Origin: an uncultured virus (IMG/VR IMGVR_UViG_3300028591_000115) | Lineage: Duplodnaviria > Heunggongvirae > Uroviricota > Caudoviricetes | IMG/VR virus record: IMGVR_UViG_3300028591_000115 | DNA length: 64,000 nucleotides | Strand: one strand, 5' to 3' | Shown: positions 17,799 to 27,889 of the stretch, in pieces | Position numbering within the stretch: position 1 is the stretch's first letter | How the letters are laid out: the number at the start of each line of letters is the position of its first letter | Translations under genes and position numbers: made by a program | The notes under the pieces: model-generated | The model's input: only the letters and a program-made list of their open reading frames with translations | Told to the model about the DNA's origin: nothing | Database searches by the model: none

Positions 17799-19715
17799 AT
17801 GGCTATTCCAAATATAGATTACGGTGTAAAAGATATTAAAACACTTGAAGGTATGGAAGCCATCCGTACTCGTCCAGGCATGTATATTGGCGCTGTCGAT
17901 GCCGAAGGCGTGTGGCAGATTACCTTGGAAATTATATCCAATGCTATTGACGAGTATCTGGTAGGAGCTTGTGATAAAATATCTGTTACTCTTGATGGGC
18001 CTACTGTTGTCGTGGCTGACAATGGCCGAGGGGTCCCCTTTGGTAAAAATGATGATGGCGAAGAAGTCTTGGTTAATATTTACACTAAGTTGCATACTGG
18101 CGCTAAGTTCGATAGCGATGGTAATAGTGGCTATAATACTTCTGGTGGCATGAATGGTGTTGGCGCCAAAGCCACTAATGCCCTATCTAAATTATTTAGA
18201 GTAGAAAGTTATAGAGATAAAAAAGTTGCTGAAGCAATTTTTAGTTGTGGAGAATTACAAGGATTTGCAATTCGTCCTAAAACAAAAGAAGATATGGATC
18301 ATGGCACAATCGTAAGATTTATGCCAGATGAAGAAATCTTTAAAGAGGGAATTATAGCTGATGCAAATCGTATGCGTAAGCAACTTTGGGAACTTGCATA
18401 TTTGTCTCCTGGGCTTCATTTCACATTTAAAGATAATGATAAAATCGCAGAAGAAATCGAGAGTTCAAATGGATTACTCGATTATCTTGATGTATTAACA
18501 AAAGGAAAAAATAAATTAACTACACCCTTTTACGCAGAAAGCGCGGAAAATCGGATGCGGATCCGAGTAGCATTACAGTATACTGATCAATATAATGACA
18601 CATATAAGATTTTTACAAATAGTATTCCTAATACTGGTGGTACTCATTTAACAGGTTTCCGCACAGCTTTGACGCAAGCAATAAACATTTATGCTCGTAA
18701 TAAAGGTTTATTAAAAGAAAAAGATGAAAATTTCTCTGGTGATGATCTTAAAGAAGGCTTAACTCTTGTATTAAGTTTAACGATGCCAGATCCAGTATTT
18801 AGTGGACAAACGAAAGGAGTATTGACTAGTGCCGAAGGTAGAACCGTTGTCCAACGACTCTGCTCTCAAGCCATTGCAGAGTATCTTAACTCACACGAAA
18901 AAGATGCAAAAGCAATTATTAGTAAGGCTGTCCTCGCCAGAACCGCAAGGGAAAAAGCAAGGAAAGCAAAAGAAACGGTACGCTCAGCTACTAGTAAAGC
19001 AACCCGTGCTACCCTACCAGGCAAACTCGCGGACTGTTCAAGCAAGACCCGGAGTGAGTGCGAGGTATTTATCGTCGAGGGAGATTCGGCGGCTGGTAGC
19101 GCGAAAGAAGCTCGTAATAGAGACACCCAAGCAATCCTTCCTATCAGAGGTAAAATCCTTAATGTTCTCAAAGCTGATTTGGCTAAAGCAATGGGTAACG
19201 AAGAAATTAAAGCTATGATCATTGGCTTTGGTCTTCAGATCCAAGGTAATAAAGTTATATTAGATGAATCAAAATTGAGATATGGAAAAATCATTATCAT
19301 GGCAGATGCTGATGTTGATGGTGATCATATCCGGTGCTTATTCCTTACATTTATCTGGAAGTTCTGTCCAGAGTTGATTGAGAAAGGATATATATATGCA
19401 GCTGTGCCTCCTTTGTATCGTATACTCAAGGGTAAAACATCATTCTACATTAAGGATGACGCTGCCCTTGCCGCTTATCGTGCTAAAAACCCAGGCGGCA
19501 ACTATGAACTGCGTCGGTTTAAAGGTTTGGGTGAACAATCAGTCGACGAATTGGCTGAGTCTACGATGGCGCCCGATACTCGGACGTTAAAACAAATTAC
19601 AATGGAAGATGCGGTTGCAGCGAGTAATGTATTTACTAGTTTAATGGGAGAAAGTGCTACACTACGAAAAAAATTTATTGAGGAGAACGCTTTTAGAGCG
19701 AATATTGATGTATGA
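17799..19715 (+). CDS. gyrB: type IIA topoisomerase subunit B
   Basis: AIRTRPGMYIG, NAIDE, DNGRG, LHTGAKF, VEGDSA, PIRGKILN, MADADVDG, RFKGLGE. Confidence 0.95.
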   Translation: MAIPNIDYGVKDIKTLEGMEAIRTRPGMYIGAVDAEGVWQITLEIISNAIDEYLVGACDKISVTLDGPTVVVADNGRGVPFGKNDDGEEVLVNIYTKLHTGAKFDSDGNSGYNTSGGMNGVGAKATNALSKLFRVESYRDKKVAEAIFSCGELQGFAIRPKTKEDMDHGTIVRFMPDEEIFKEGIIADANRMRKQLWELAYLSPGLHFTFKDNDKIAEEIESSNGLLDYLDVLTKGKNKLTTPFYAESAENRMRIRVALQYTDQYNDTYKIFTNSIPNTGGTHLTGFRTALTQAINIYARNKGLLKEKDENFSGDDLKEGLTLVLSLTMPDPVFSGQTKGVLTSAEGRTVVQRLCSQAIAEYLNSHEKDAKAIISKAVLARTAREKARKAKETVRSATSKATRATLPGKLADCSSKTRSECEVFIVEGDSAAGSAKEARNRDTQAILPIRGKILNVLKADLAKAMGNEEIKAMIIGFGLQIQGNKVILDESKLRYGKIIIMADADVDGDHIRCLFLTFIWKFCPELIEKGYIYAAVPPLYRILKGKTSFYIKDDAALAAYRAKNPGGNYELRRFKGLGEQSVDELAESTMAPDTRTLKQITMEDAVAASNVFTSLMGESATLRKKFIEENAFRANIDV

Positions 19716-20299
19716 TTACATTTTATACTGATGGCTCTTGTACCAAAAGTAGAAGTGGCTGGGGCATAATCGGAATCATAGATAGCGGTCATAAAGTTGC
19801 ATTTGCGGGCACAGAAACAGATGCAACTAATCAACGCATGGAATTACGGGCCGCTCTGGAAGCACTTCAATGGTGGGGAGAACCAGACTATGAACCAACG
19901 AGCGGCCCTGAAGAAATAACAATTTGTAGTGATAGTGCATATTTTTGTAATTGTTATTTTGAACGGTGGTATGTAAACTGGGAGAATAACAATTGGGTTA
20001 ATAGTAAAGGTGATCCTGTTGCAAATAAAGATTTATGGGAAAAAATCATTCCATATTTCAAAAATAATCATGTGTTTATTATGAAGGTAAAAGGTCATAG
20101 TGGACATACATATAATGAACTTGCTGATAAGTTAGCAACAGGCGCTTTATCCCCAAGTGATATTGTTGGGATGCAAATTGATGAAAAAAATGATAAAATA
20201 AATATAGAATTGAGTGAAATCCTTTTAGATTATTCTATGAAAAAATATCCTGTGGATGAAACAATCAAAAGGATTAGAAAGGCGTGTAACTGTGAGTAA
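19712..20299 (+). CDS. rnhA: ribonuclease HI
   Basis: YTDGSC, TNQRMEL, SDSAY, VANKDLW, KVKGHSG, NELADKLA. Confidence 0.93.
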   Translation: MITFYTDGSCTKSRSGWGIIGIIDSGHKVAFAGTETDATNQRMELRAALEALQWWGEPDYEPTSGPEEITICSDSAYFCNCYFERWYVNWENNNWVNSKGDPVANKDLWEKIIPYFKNNHVFIMKVKGHSGHTYNELADKLATGALSPSDIVGMQIDEKNDKINIELSEILLDYSMKKYPVDETIKRIRKACNCE

Positions 20300-22703
20300 T
20301 ATTATTCAATCACCAATAGTACAAGAAGTTGAACAATCATTCCTTGATTATTCACTTTCAGTAATCACAGATCGTGCCATTCCCGCAGTTGAAGATGGAT
20401 TTAAACCTGTTATGCGGCGCATCCTTTGGTGTATGCAAGAGAATGGATATAAAAGTGATAAACAATATGTCAAATGCGCGAGACCTGTTGGCGACACAAT
20501 GGGTAAATATCATCCGCATGGAGATAGTTCAATATATGGCGCATTAATTGGTGCAAGTCAACCATGGAATATGCGGTATCCATTGATTGATTTTCATGGA
20601 AACAATGGTAGCCGTGATGGCGATGATCCTGCAGCAATGCGGTATACAGAATGCAGATTAAGCAAAATAAGTGAGGCTACTCTTGATGGAATTAAAAAAG
20701 ATACAGTCGATTGGATCCCGAACTTTGACGAGACCACAAGCGAACCGATATATCTTCCAGGACTTTTCCCAAATCTCCTCTGCAATGGAACAACTGGGAT
20801 TGCTGTCGCAATGGCATGCAATTTTGCCCCTCATAATCTTGGAGAAATCATGGATGCAATCATCGCATACATTAGGGGAACTGCGACGGACAATGCGACG
20901 CTTGCGACATTGGTTCCTGGACCAGACTTTCCCACGGGTGGCCGGATTATCAATGGACGTGAACTGTCAGCCGCATATAAGACCGGCAAGGGTCGCGTTA
21001 GAATACGAGCAACTTATACTGTTGAACGGACAAGAGATGGACGAGATAGATTGGTATTTGACTCAATACCCTATAAAGTGTCTAAAGAAGAGCTGGCTCG
21101 AGAAATTGACGAACTCTGTGAAACCAAGAAACTTGAGGGTATTGGAGAGATACTTGACCAATCAAATCGAGAGGGAGTACGGTTCGTTATTGAATTGGCG
21201 AAGGGTTTTAATGCAGATGTAATTGCTAATCGTTTATATGAACTCACTGATCTTGAAACTACATTTAGTATTAATATGGTCGCACTTGTTGATAAAGTGC
21301 CGAAACAGTTAACACTAAAAGATATAATTGAAAATTATGTAAAACATCAAGAAGATGTGTTTAGACGTGCAAATGAATATGATTTAAAGAAACTTGAAAA
21401 GAGAATTCATATTCTTGAGGGTTTATGTATTGCCTTAATGAATATTGATAATGTTATCAAAATGATTAAGGCATCCAAAAATAAAGCAGAAGCTAAGGAA
21501 CGTTTAATCGAAACAGATATGTTTGATGCGCTTCAGGCAGATGCAATTTTGGATATGACATTGAGTAAGTTAGCCAATATGGAAAGTTTGGCTATTGAAC
21601 AAGAGAAAAAAGATAAAGAAGCAGAAAGAGCAATTATTTTAAAAAGACTTAATGATGAAGAAGTCTTTAAAAATGATTTGATAAGTATACTTGAAGATTT
21701 TAAAAAGCAATTTTCTGATCCTCGTCGTACAGAAATTACGCATATTGAGGTTACTAAAGAAGAAAAAGAAATTGCACAGATTGTGCCGGAAGATGTAGTT
21801 GTTGTAGTCACAGAAGCTGGAAATATTAAACGAGTTCCGAAAAAGCAATTTAAGATCCAAAAGCGTAATGGAAAAGGAGTAAGAACTCAAGATGATATCA
21901 CCTTAGCTACAATAGACAGTAATACAGTAGACGTGCTACTCGCCTTCAGTAACAAGGGTAAAGTTTACAGAGTTGGTGTGGACACAATTCCGGAAGGGAC
22001 ACAGACTACCCGTGGAGTTGCGATTTCTACGTTAGTGGAGATGGAACCTGCGGAGCAGATTGTTGCGGTCGCCTCAGCTGCAAGAGCAGATAATACCGGA
22101 AAGTACGTCTGGTTCATTACTAAACGAGGATTGGTTAAAAAGACCAACTTATCTGAATACGCTGGAAGCAAGCGTAAAGCAGGAGTTCAAGCAATAGGAC
22201 TTCGTGAAGGCGATGGGATTGTAAGCGTTTGGGTAGGTGAGAATACAGATATTCTCATATTAACCAAGGAAGGTATGGGTATAAGATTCGATGGAGCAAC
22301 AATTGGCGCAACTGGAAGAACTTCTGTGGGCATTCAAGGAATCAAACTTGCAGATAACGATGAAGCAGCCGTGGGTCTCAGCCTCAAATCACGCGGGGCA
22401 GATAGTGGCAAAGATGCCTTCGGGCAAGTTTTCATTGGGTGTAGTGACGGAACAGGGAAGAGAGTTATGGTCAGCGAGTTCACTAAACAAAACCGAGCTG
22501 GCAAAGGTCTTAAGTGTAATCATTCGGGCAAGATCGTCACGGGAGCAAGCATCCCAGGCGATAAAAGCGTTGGAAGCTTACTACTCTGTGGAAACACTGG
22601 ATCTATATGTGTGAGTGTTGATGATATTACTCTTGGATCAAGAATGAGTTCAACTGTAAAATTAATTAAGGATAATAATCTTATAAGTGCAGTAAGGGTT
22701 TAA
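20292..22703 (+). CDS. gyrA: type IIA topoisomerase subunit A
   Basis: DGFKPVMRR, YHPHGDSSIY, AAMRYTE (catalytic Tyr), GPDFPTG, GyrA-box-like QKRNGKG and beta-pinwheel repeats. Confidence 0.95.
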   Translation: MSNIIQSPIVQEVEQSFLDYSLSVITDRAIPAVEDGFKPVMRRILWCMQENGYKSDKQYVKCARPVGDTMGKYHPHGDSSIYGALIGASQPWNMRYPLIDFHGNNGSRDGDDPAAMRYTECRLSKISEATLDGIKKDTVDWIPNFDETTSEPIYLPGLFPNLLCNGTTGIAVAMACNFAPHNLGEIMDAIIAYIRGTATDNATLATLVPGPDFPTGGRIINGRELSAAYKTGKGRVRIRATYTVERTRDGRDRLVFDSIPYKVSKEELAREIDELCETKKLEGIGEILDQSNREGVRFVIELAKGFNADVIANRLYELTDLETTFSINMVALVDKVPKQLTLKDIIENYVKHQEDVFRRANEYDLKKLEKRIHILEGLCIALMNIDNVIKMIKASKNKAEAKERLIETDMFDALQADAILDMTLSKLANMESLAIEQEKKDKEAERAIILKRLNDEEVFKNDLISILEDFKKQFSDPRRTEITHIEVTKEEKEIAQIVPEDVVVVVTEAGNIKRVPKKQFKIQKRNGKGVRTQDDITLATIDSNTVDVLLAFSNKGKVYRVGVDTIPEGTQTTRGVAISTLVEMEPAEQIVAVASAARADNTGKYVWFITKRGLVKKTNLSEYAGSKRKAGVQAIGLREGDGIVSVWVGENTDILILTKEGMGIRFDGATIGATGRTSVGIQGIKLADNDEAAVGLSLKSRGADSGKDAFGQVFIGCSDGTGKRVMVSEFTKQNRAGKGLKCNHSGKIVTGASIPGDKSVGSLLLCGNTGSICVSVDDITLGSRMSSTVKLIKDNNLISAVRV

Positions 22704-22766
22704 CCCTTACTTGCATTTTTTTATTTTTTATGATATAATTATTATATAAATAAAAGGAGTTTAAAT

Positions 22767-23636
22767 ATGCCACGCAAAGATTATTCGTATATTCAGCCTG
22801 GATATAAGTTTCCTAACTCTTGTATTACTGCTATTGGAACAGTATGGCGTGAACGAGACAAAACACCATCTGCAACTCTTCGAGCATATGTAAATGTTCG
22901 ATGTGAATGCGGAAATGAATTTGTTGGACGAGTAGATCGTTTAACAACGACAGATCCTACTAAAAGTCCGCATACTTGTAGATGCGTTGAATGTGCAAAA
23001 AAGGGCAAAAAGAAATTATTGCCAACAAGTTGGGATTATAAAGCTAAATCAACAGCAGAAAATGTTGTATTAAAAAATAATTATTTAGGTAAAATTTTTG
23101 ATAATACATGGTTCTGCGCGACTTACGCTGGTGGAGATCATCAAGGACACAGTTCATATATTTGTATTAATCAATTTACGGGTCAAACGCAAATCTTTAA
23201 AAGTATGGTTCTATATCACATGAATTGTGATGATTCATTAGCATATGCAACCCAACCATCACAAAGATCTTATTCTTTTGAAGATGAAGCGCCTACAAGT
23301 AATGAATCAAGTGGAGAAGCCGCAGTAAAACAATGGTTGATCAATCATAAGATTCAGTTTGAACAAGAATATACATTTGATAATCTTCGTGGTGATAGAG
23401 GATTATTACGTTTTGATTTCAAAATTAAAGATCGCCCTATTGTAATTGAATTCCAAGGCCAGCAACATTATAAAGCTATTGACTATTTTGGCGGTGAAGA
23501 TCAATTTAAAAAACAACAAAGATATGATAATATTAAACGTGCATATTGTAAAGCAAATAAAATTGATCTTATTGAAATCCCATATAATTACACAGATTTA
23601 AATGAGTATTTGAATCATATTAAATTATATTTGTAA
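22767..23636 (+). CDS. free-standing PD-(D/E)xK endonuclease (DUF559/Vsr-like C-domain)
   Basis: CECG N-domain; S.GE...FEQEY.F..L...RFDF...IEFQGQQHY...DNIKR.YC..N.I.LIEIPY. Confidence 0.7.
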   Translation: MPRKDYSYIQPGYKFPNSCITAIGTVWRERDKTPSATLRAYVNVRCECGNEFVGRVDRLTTTDPTKSPHTCRCVECAKKGKKKLLPTSWDYKAKSTAENVVLKNNYLGKIFDNTWFCATYAGGDHQGHSSYICINQFTGQTQIFKSMVLYHMNCDDSLAYATQPSQRSYSFEDEAPTSNESSGEAAVKQWLINHKIQFEQEYTFDNLRGDRGLLRFDFKIKDRPIVIEFQGQQHYKAIDYFGGEDQFKKQQRYDNIKRAYCKANKIDLIEIPYNYTDLNEYLNHIKLYL

Positions 23637-23648
23637 GGAATAATATTT

Positions 23649-24698
23649 ATGAGTAAACCACTTTGTATTGCACCAATGAAAATAAATAAGATTCCAGAGG
23701 GAAAAGAAGATCTTTTTCCCTCTATTTGTGCATCTGGTGAATATTTTGCTCAATTAAAGAAAGATGGCTATTGGTATCAGTATGAAAAGACTGATGAAGG
23801 ATCTTATCTTTGGAGTAGAAATGTGTCTGTTTCAACAGGACAACTAACAGAAAAAGGTGCAAATGTGCCCCACATTATGAGCGTACTTGACGTATTGCCG
23901 CCAGGCACAATTATCATTGGTGAGATTTATTATCCAGGCAAACGGTCTAAGGATGTTACTCCTATTATGGGTAGTTTGCCAAGTAAAGCTATTGAGCGTC
24001 AAAATGGCGAATATGGATGGCTAAAATTTTATATTCATGATATGATATATTATAATGGAAAGGATCTAATGAACTATGGTGCTAGCATCAGGTACTCTTT
24101 ATTGGTTGCTTGTTTCAATAAATATAATCTCGGGGCTATGCTTGATTGCAATAACACTCCAATTATCGAACTTGCACAAAGAGTTGACGACAATATCCAG
24201 GAGGCTGTCGCCGCCGCCCTCGCCGCAGGTGAGGAGGGAATGGTATTAAAAAAGAAAACTGCGCCCTATACGCCAGGTAAACGACCAGTTTGGGATACCA
24301 TTAAAATTAAAAAAACAGACACTTGTGATGCCATTATTCTTGCAGCATGTGATCCAACAAAAGAATATACAGGTAAAGAATTAGATACATGGCCTTATTG
24401 GGAAGATGGAGTACCTGTAACTAAACCATATGCTCTTGGTTGGAAAACAGCGATAGAAATTGGCGCGTATGATGAAAATGATGAAAATATTGTATCTATT
24501 GGTACAGTTTCATCTGGATTAACCGATGAAATGCGGGAAGGCCTTGCAAAGCATCCAGAGGAATATATTGGTAAAGTTTGTGAACTCGCGGGGATGGAAA
24601 AGGATCGAAATGCACATACATTAAGACATTTCCATTTTAGACAACTTAGACCGGACAAAGATCCACATGATTGTTCGATTAACCAGATATTTGGTTGA
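23649..24698 (+). CDS. ATP-dependent DNA ligase
   Basis: QLKKDGY motif I, GEIY, HDM, EGMVLK, KIKK, OB-fold SSGLTD...LRH...RPDK. Confidence 0.9.
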   Translation: MSKPLCIAPMKINKIPEGKEDLFPSICASGEYFAQLKKDGYWYQYEKTDEGSYLWSRNVSVSTGQLTEKGANVPHIMSVLDVLPPGTIIIGEIYYPGKRSKDVTPIMGSLPSKAIERQNGEYGWLKFYIHDMIYYNGKDLMNYGASIRYSLLVACFNKYNLGAMLDCNNTPIIELAQRVDDNIQEAVAAALAAGEEGMVLKKKTAPYTPGKRPVWDTIKIKKTDTCDAIILAACDPTKEYTGKELDTWPYWEDGVPVTKPYALGWKTAIEIGAYDENDENIVSIGTVSSGLTDEMREGLAKHPEEYIGKVCELAGMEKDRNAHTLRHFHFRQLRPDKDPHDCSINQIFG

Positions 24699-24759
24699 TT
24701 TTCATAAAAAATTTTCATATAATATATTTGTAAGATAAAGAAAGGAACAAAATCTTACC

Positions 24760-24966
24760 GTGAATAAGAAACAGCTTAAGCAATTAGCGAAAAAAATTGC
24801 TGATCTGGAATATACCATCCAGACAAGCGCAGATCGTGATGAAGTTAATTCCGCGAAAGATCGTATGATGCAGGCACAGCAAGCCGCAGACTTGGAACTA
24901 TCAGACATGATTGCGTTAGATGAATTGGTTCAAGGGTATTTAAAAGAAAAAAATATTTGCTCTTGA
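24760..24966 (+). CDS. hypothetical protein
   Basis: Follows promoter 24695. Confidence 0.6.
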   Translation: MNKKQLKQLAKKIADLEYTIQTSADRDEVNSAKDRMMQAQQAADLELSDMIALDELVQGYLKEKNICS

Positions 24967-25081
24967 AAAAATTTTATGGTATAATACGTATAGATAATAA
25001 CTGATAGGCAAATCCTTCAGATTATTATAAATATACACTATATTATTTAAGATGCGTTAAACGCAAAAGGAGAAAAAGATT

Positions 25082-25357
25082 ATGGCTGCTATGAAAGAAA
25101 ACACAAAGAAAGTTATTACTTATCTGCAGGGTTTGAGCGATTCTGACAATGTGACCGCCGCTGATGTGGCTGATGCTCTCGGTCTTGAGAAGCGTAGTGT
25201 TGATGGTATCTTTACTTCCGCTATTCAGCGCAAGAATCTGGGCGTTCGTGAGGAAGCTGAAGTTGAACTTGATGATGGAACCCATAAGAAGGTTAAGTTC
25301 CTCAAGCTCACCGATGCTGGCAAGGCTATCGACGTGAACGCAGAGCCGGAAGAGTAA
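25082..25357 (+). CDS. small winged-HTH DNA-binding protein
   Basis: VTAADVADALGLEKRSVDG...LTDAGK; strong RBS, own promoter, terminator at ~25377-25401. Confidence 0.75.
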   Translation: MAAMKENTKKVITYLQGLSDSDNVTAADVADALGLEKRSVDGIFTSAIQRKNLGVREEAEVELDDGTHKKVKFLKLTDAGKAIDVNAEPEE

Positions 25358-25414
25358 TTTAAAAAGTAAATATAATGGGGGTTGAAGTTCCTTCAACCCC
25401 CTATTTTAAGATTA

Positions 25415-26407
25415 ATGAGTCCATATGTTTGGATGGCTATAGCCATTATAGCCGTAGCGTTCATTATAGGTTTATTCTCGAAAAAGATAGGTAAGAAACG
25501 GCAACATCTTCGAGAATTAAATCAAGAAATTTTAGACAAAGAAGCCAAATTAGGATATTTGGCGCAAGCCATTGACCGCACGCAAGCTGAGATCCAAGAA
25601 AATGAACGCACAATTGTTGAAAATCGCTTCACTATTGATAGCCTTGCGAATAGAAAAAAAGAATTAAATAATGATATAGCCACTCAAGTTGAGAATATTG
25701 AAAAGTTAAAAACTTCTTATCAAACAACTGAAGAAGAGTTTAAGAAGAAGTATATGGCTGAACGTAAAGAGTGGCTAGATGAAAGACAAACGGAATATGT
25801 TACAATGCAAGAAGAGTTTGTTGAACAATTCCGTGAAGAAAATAGTAAAAAGATGGCTGCGGCACAAGAATTAACTGAAAAGTTAAATGAATTACAATCT
25901 AAAACTACCGCAGCAGTAGAGGTTGCAAAACGTCATGCAGAAGAAGAAAACTTCACCGAATTCCATTCTTTACAGATTGACAATTCTGCAAGGAATGACA
26001 TACGAGAAATTGAAGAAGTATTGTATAAAGTATCGCAAGAAGCCGGAGAAGCTATTGCAAAAGTTATCTGGAAGGTTTACTACGAAAAGCCATATACTGA
26101 TCTATGTGGAAGAGTCATCGGATCAGGACGGCATACCGGTATATACCGTATCACCAACTCCAACACCTAGATGTGTTATATTGGACAAGCAGTTGATATT
26201 GCAGATCGCTGGCGCCAACACATAAAACGAGCACTTGGCGCAGAACCTCGTACGCAAAATAAATTATACCCCGCGATGTATAAAGAAGGCATTGAGAACT
26301 TCACTTTTGAAGTCATTGAAGAATGTGATCAAACTAAACTCAATGAACGTGAAGATTATTGGCAAGATTTTTACAAAGCAAAAGAATATGGATACAGTAT
26401 TAAGTGA
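25415..26407 (+). CDS. membrane-anchored coiled-coil protein with C-terminal GIY-YIG nuclease (TAG at 26168)
   Basis: N-terminal TM helix, long coiled coil, then GIYRITNSNT*MCYIGQA..RW.QH...FEVIE..LNEREDYW. Confidence 0.85.
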
Positions 26408-26415
26408 GGTATATT

Positions 26416-26742
26416 ATGACTAAGGTTTTTACAGTCAATAAAGATGGTAAGATTGAACTTACTAAAGATGAACTTCAAAAACTGCTCGATGATTCCTATT
26501 GGGAAGGTTATCGCGCAAATAATGGAACATATGTTTATACTAGTCCATCTCGTTGGTGGAATCCTTGGAGTGTAACATATTGTTCTGATACCATCTCTTG
26601 TGCAACAGATGGTAATCACTATGATGGTGTAACACTTACTGCAGATGATTTAAATGTTAAAGGTGTTCAGAATATTGCTGCAGATACAATTACTATTTCC
26701 CTTAACAATATTGAAGATGCTATTAAAGCAGGAAAGATTTAA
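26416..26742 (+). CDS. hypothetical protein
   Basis: GAGG RBS, MTKVF... Confidence 0.65.
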   Translation: MTKVFTVNKDGKIELTKDELQKLLDDSYWEGYRANNGTYVYTSPSRWWNPWSVTYCSDTISCATDGNHYDGVTLTADDLNVKGVQNIAADTITISLNNIEDAIKAGKI

Positions 26743-26744
26743 AA

Positions 26745-27494
26745 ATGAAATTTGAAAATACTGATGTTTGGGGATTTGAACACGCTATTCGTGGAATGAG
26801 AAATCCTAAAAATAGTTGGGCATTAAGTGATAGTCATTGGACATCTCATGAAATCTGTACTCCAGAAGGAGAATGGGTAAAGATATTTGATGATTATGCT
26901 ATTGGCCCAAAAGATGAAAAGTTAATGCAAACTTTAATTATGGCTGGGCCAGAACATCGCAAGTTTATGCGACAAATCTTTGTATCTGTTGATATTACTG
27001 CGCCATTATATTGGTGGAAAGAATTTGATACTTATAAAGTTGGTACTGTTGCAAATAGTACTAGCACTATGCATAAATTAACTTCCGCTCCGATCACTAT
27101 TGATTGTTTTGATATGGATGATATGGAAAATGTTACAGTATATGATAATGAACCATATAAACCTGATGAAACTATTGAAGATATGTGGAATACAATCATT
27201 GATTATTGTGAAACATTGCGGAAGCGTTTTCTTGAGACTAATGATAAGATTTATTGGAAAGAATTGGTTCGTGTATTACCAAATAGCTGGATGCAAAAGC
27301 GTACAGTTACTATGAATTATGAAAATCTTTTAGCCATGTGTTCAAAAAGTCAGCGTCGATTTCACAAACTTAATGAGTGGTCTGGCGCAGATAGGAAAGA
27401 TCTTCCGAATTTCATTTCATGGGCACGGACTTTACCCTATGCTCAAGAGTTGCTCTTTATAGATGAAGAAATTGACAACAAAGAAAAAAAATGA
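26745..27494 (+). CDS. ThyX/Thy1-related phage protein
   Basis: AIRGMRNP, EHRKFMRQI, APLYWWKEFDTY, S.STMH, LP.SW.QKRT..NYE, R..HKL.EW. Confidence 0.6.
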   Translation: MKFENTDVWGFEHAIRGMRNPKNSWALSDSHWTSHEICTPEGEWVKIFDDYAIGPKDEKLMQTLIMAGPEHRKFMRQIFVSVDITAPLYWWKEFDTYKVGTVANSTSTMHKLTSAPITIDCFDMDDMENVTVYDNEPYKPDETIEDMWNTIIDYCETLRKRFLETNDKIYWKELVRVLPNSWMQKRTVTMNYENLLAMCSKSQRRFHKLNEWSGADRKDLPNFISWARTLPYAQELLFIDEEIDNKEKK

Positions 27495-27532
27495 TATAAT
27501 AGATATAGAAAATGAGGAAAGGATCTTATCAC

Positions 27533-27889
27533 ATGACAAAACAGCAAGAGTTTCTTGAGTTCTGGAAGTCATTGGTGGAAAAGCCAGGCGTCGAGGTTCC
27601 GCCAAATGTCCAAGCATATATCGACGCATTGAGTAATGTTGATAACATCGAGAAACCGCTCTTTACTGAAAATGGTGCAAAAATCTTGCAGTATCTTCAG
27701 TCCGCCCCTACAGCAATGTATAAGGCAAGAGACATTGCAGAAAATATGGGTATAACTTCGAAGGGTGTCTCTGGTGCTATGCGAAAATTGGTAACAGATG
27801 GCTATGTAGAAAAGGTTGGTAAAGACCCAGTAGTTTATATGATTACCGAAAAAGGAAAAAATGTTGAATTTGAAGGAGAACAAGAGTAA
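27533..27889 (+). CDS. winged-HTH (MarR-like) protein
   Basis: KARDIAENMGITSKGVSGAMRKLVTDGYVEK...YMITEKG. Confidence 0.8.
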   Translation: MTKQQEFLEFWKSLVEKPGVEVPPNVQAYIDALSNVDNIEKPLFTENGAKILQYLQSAPTAMYKARDIAENMGITSKGVSGAMRKLVTDGYVEKVGKDPVVYMITEKGKNVEFEGEQE

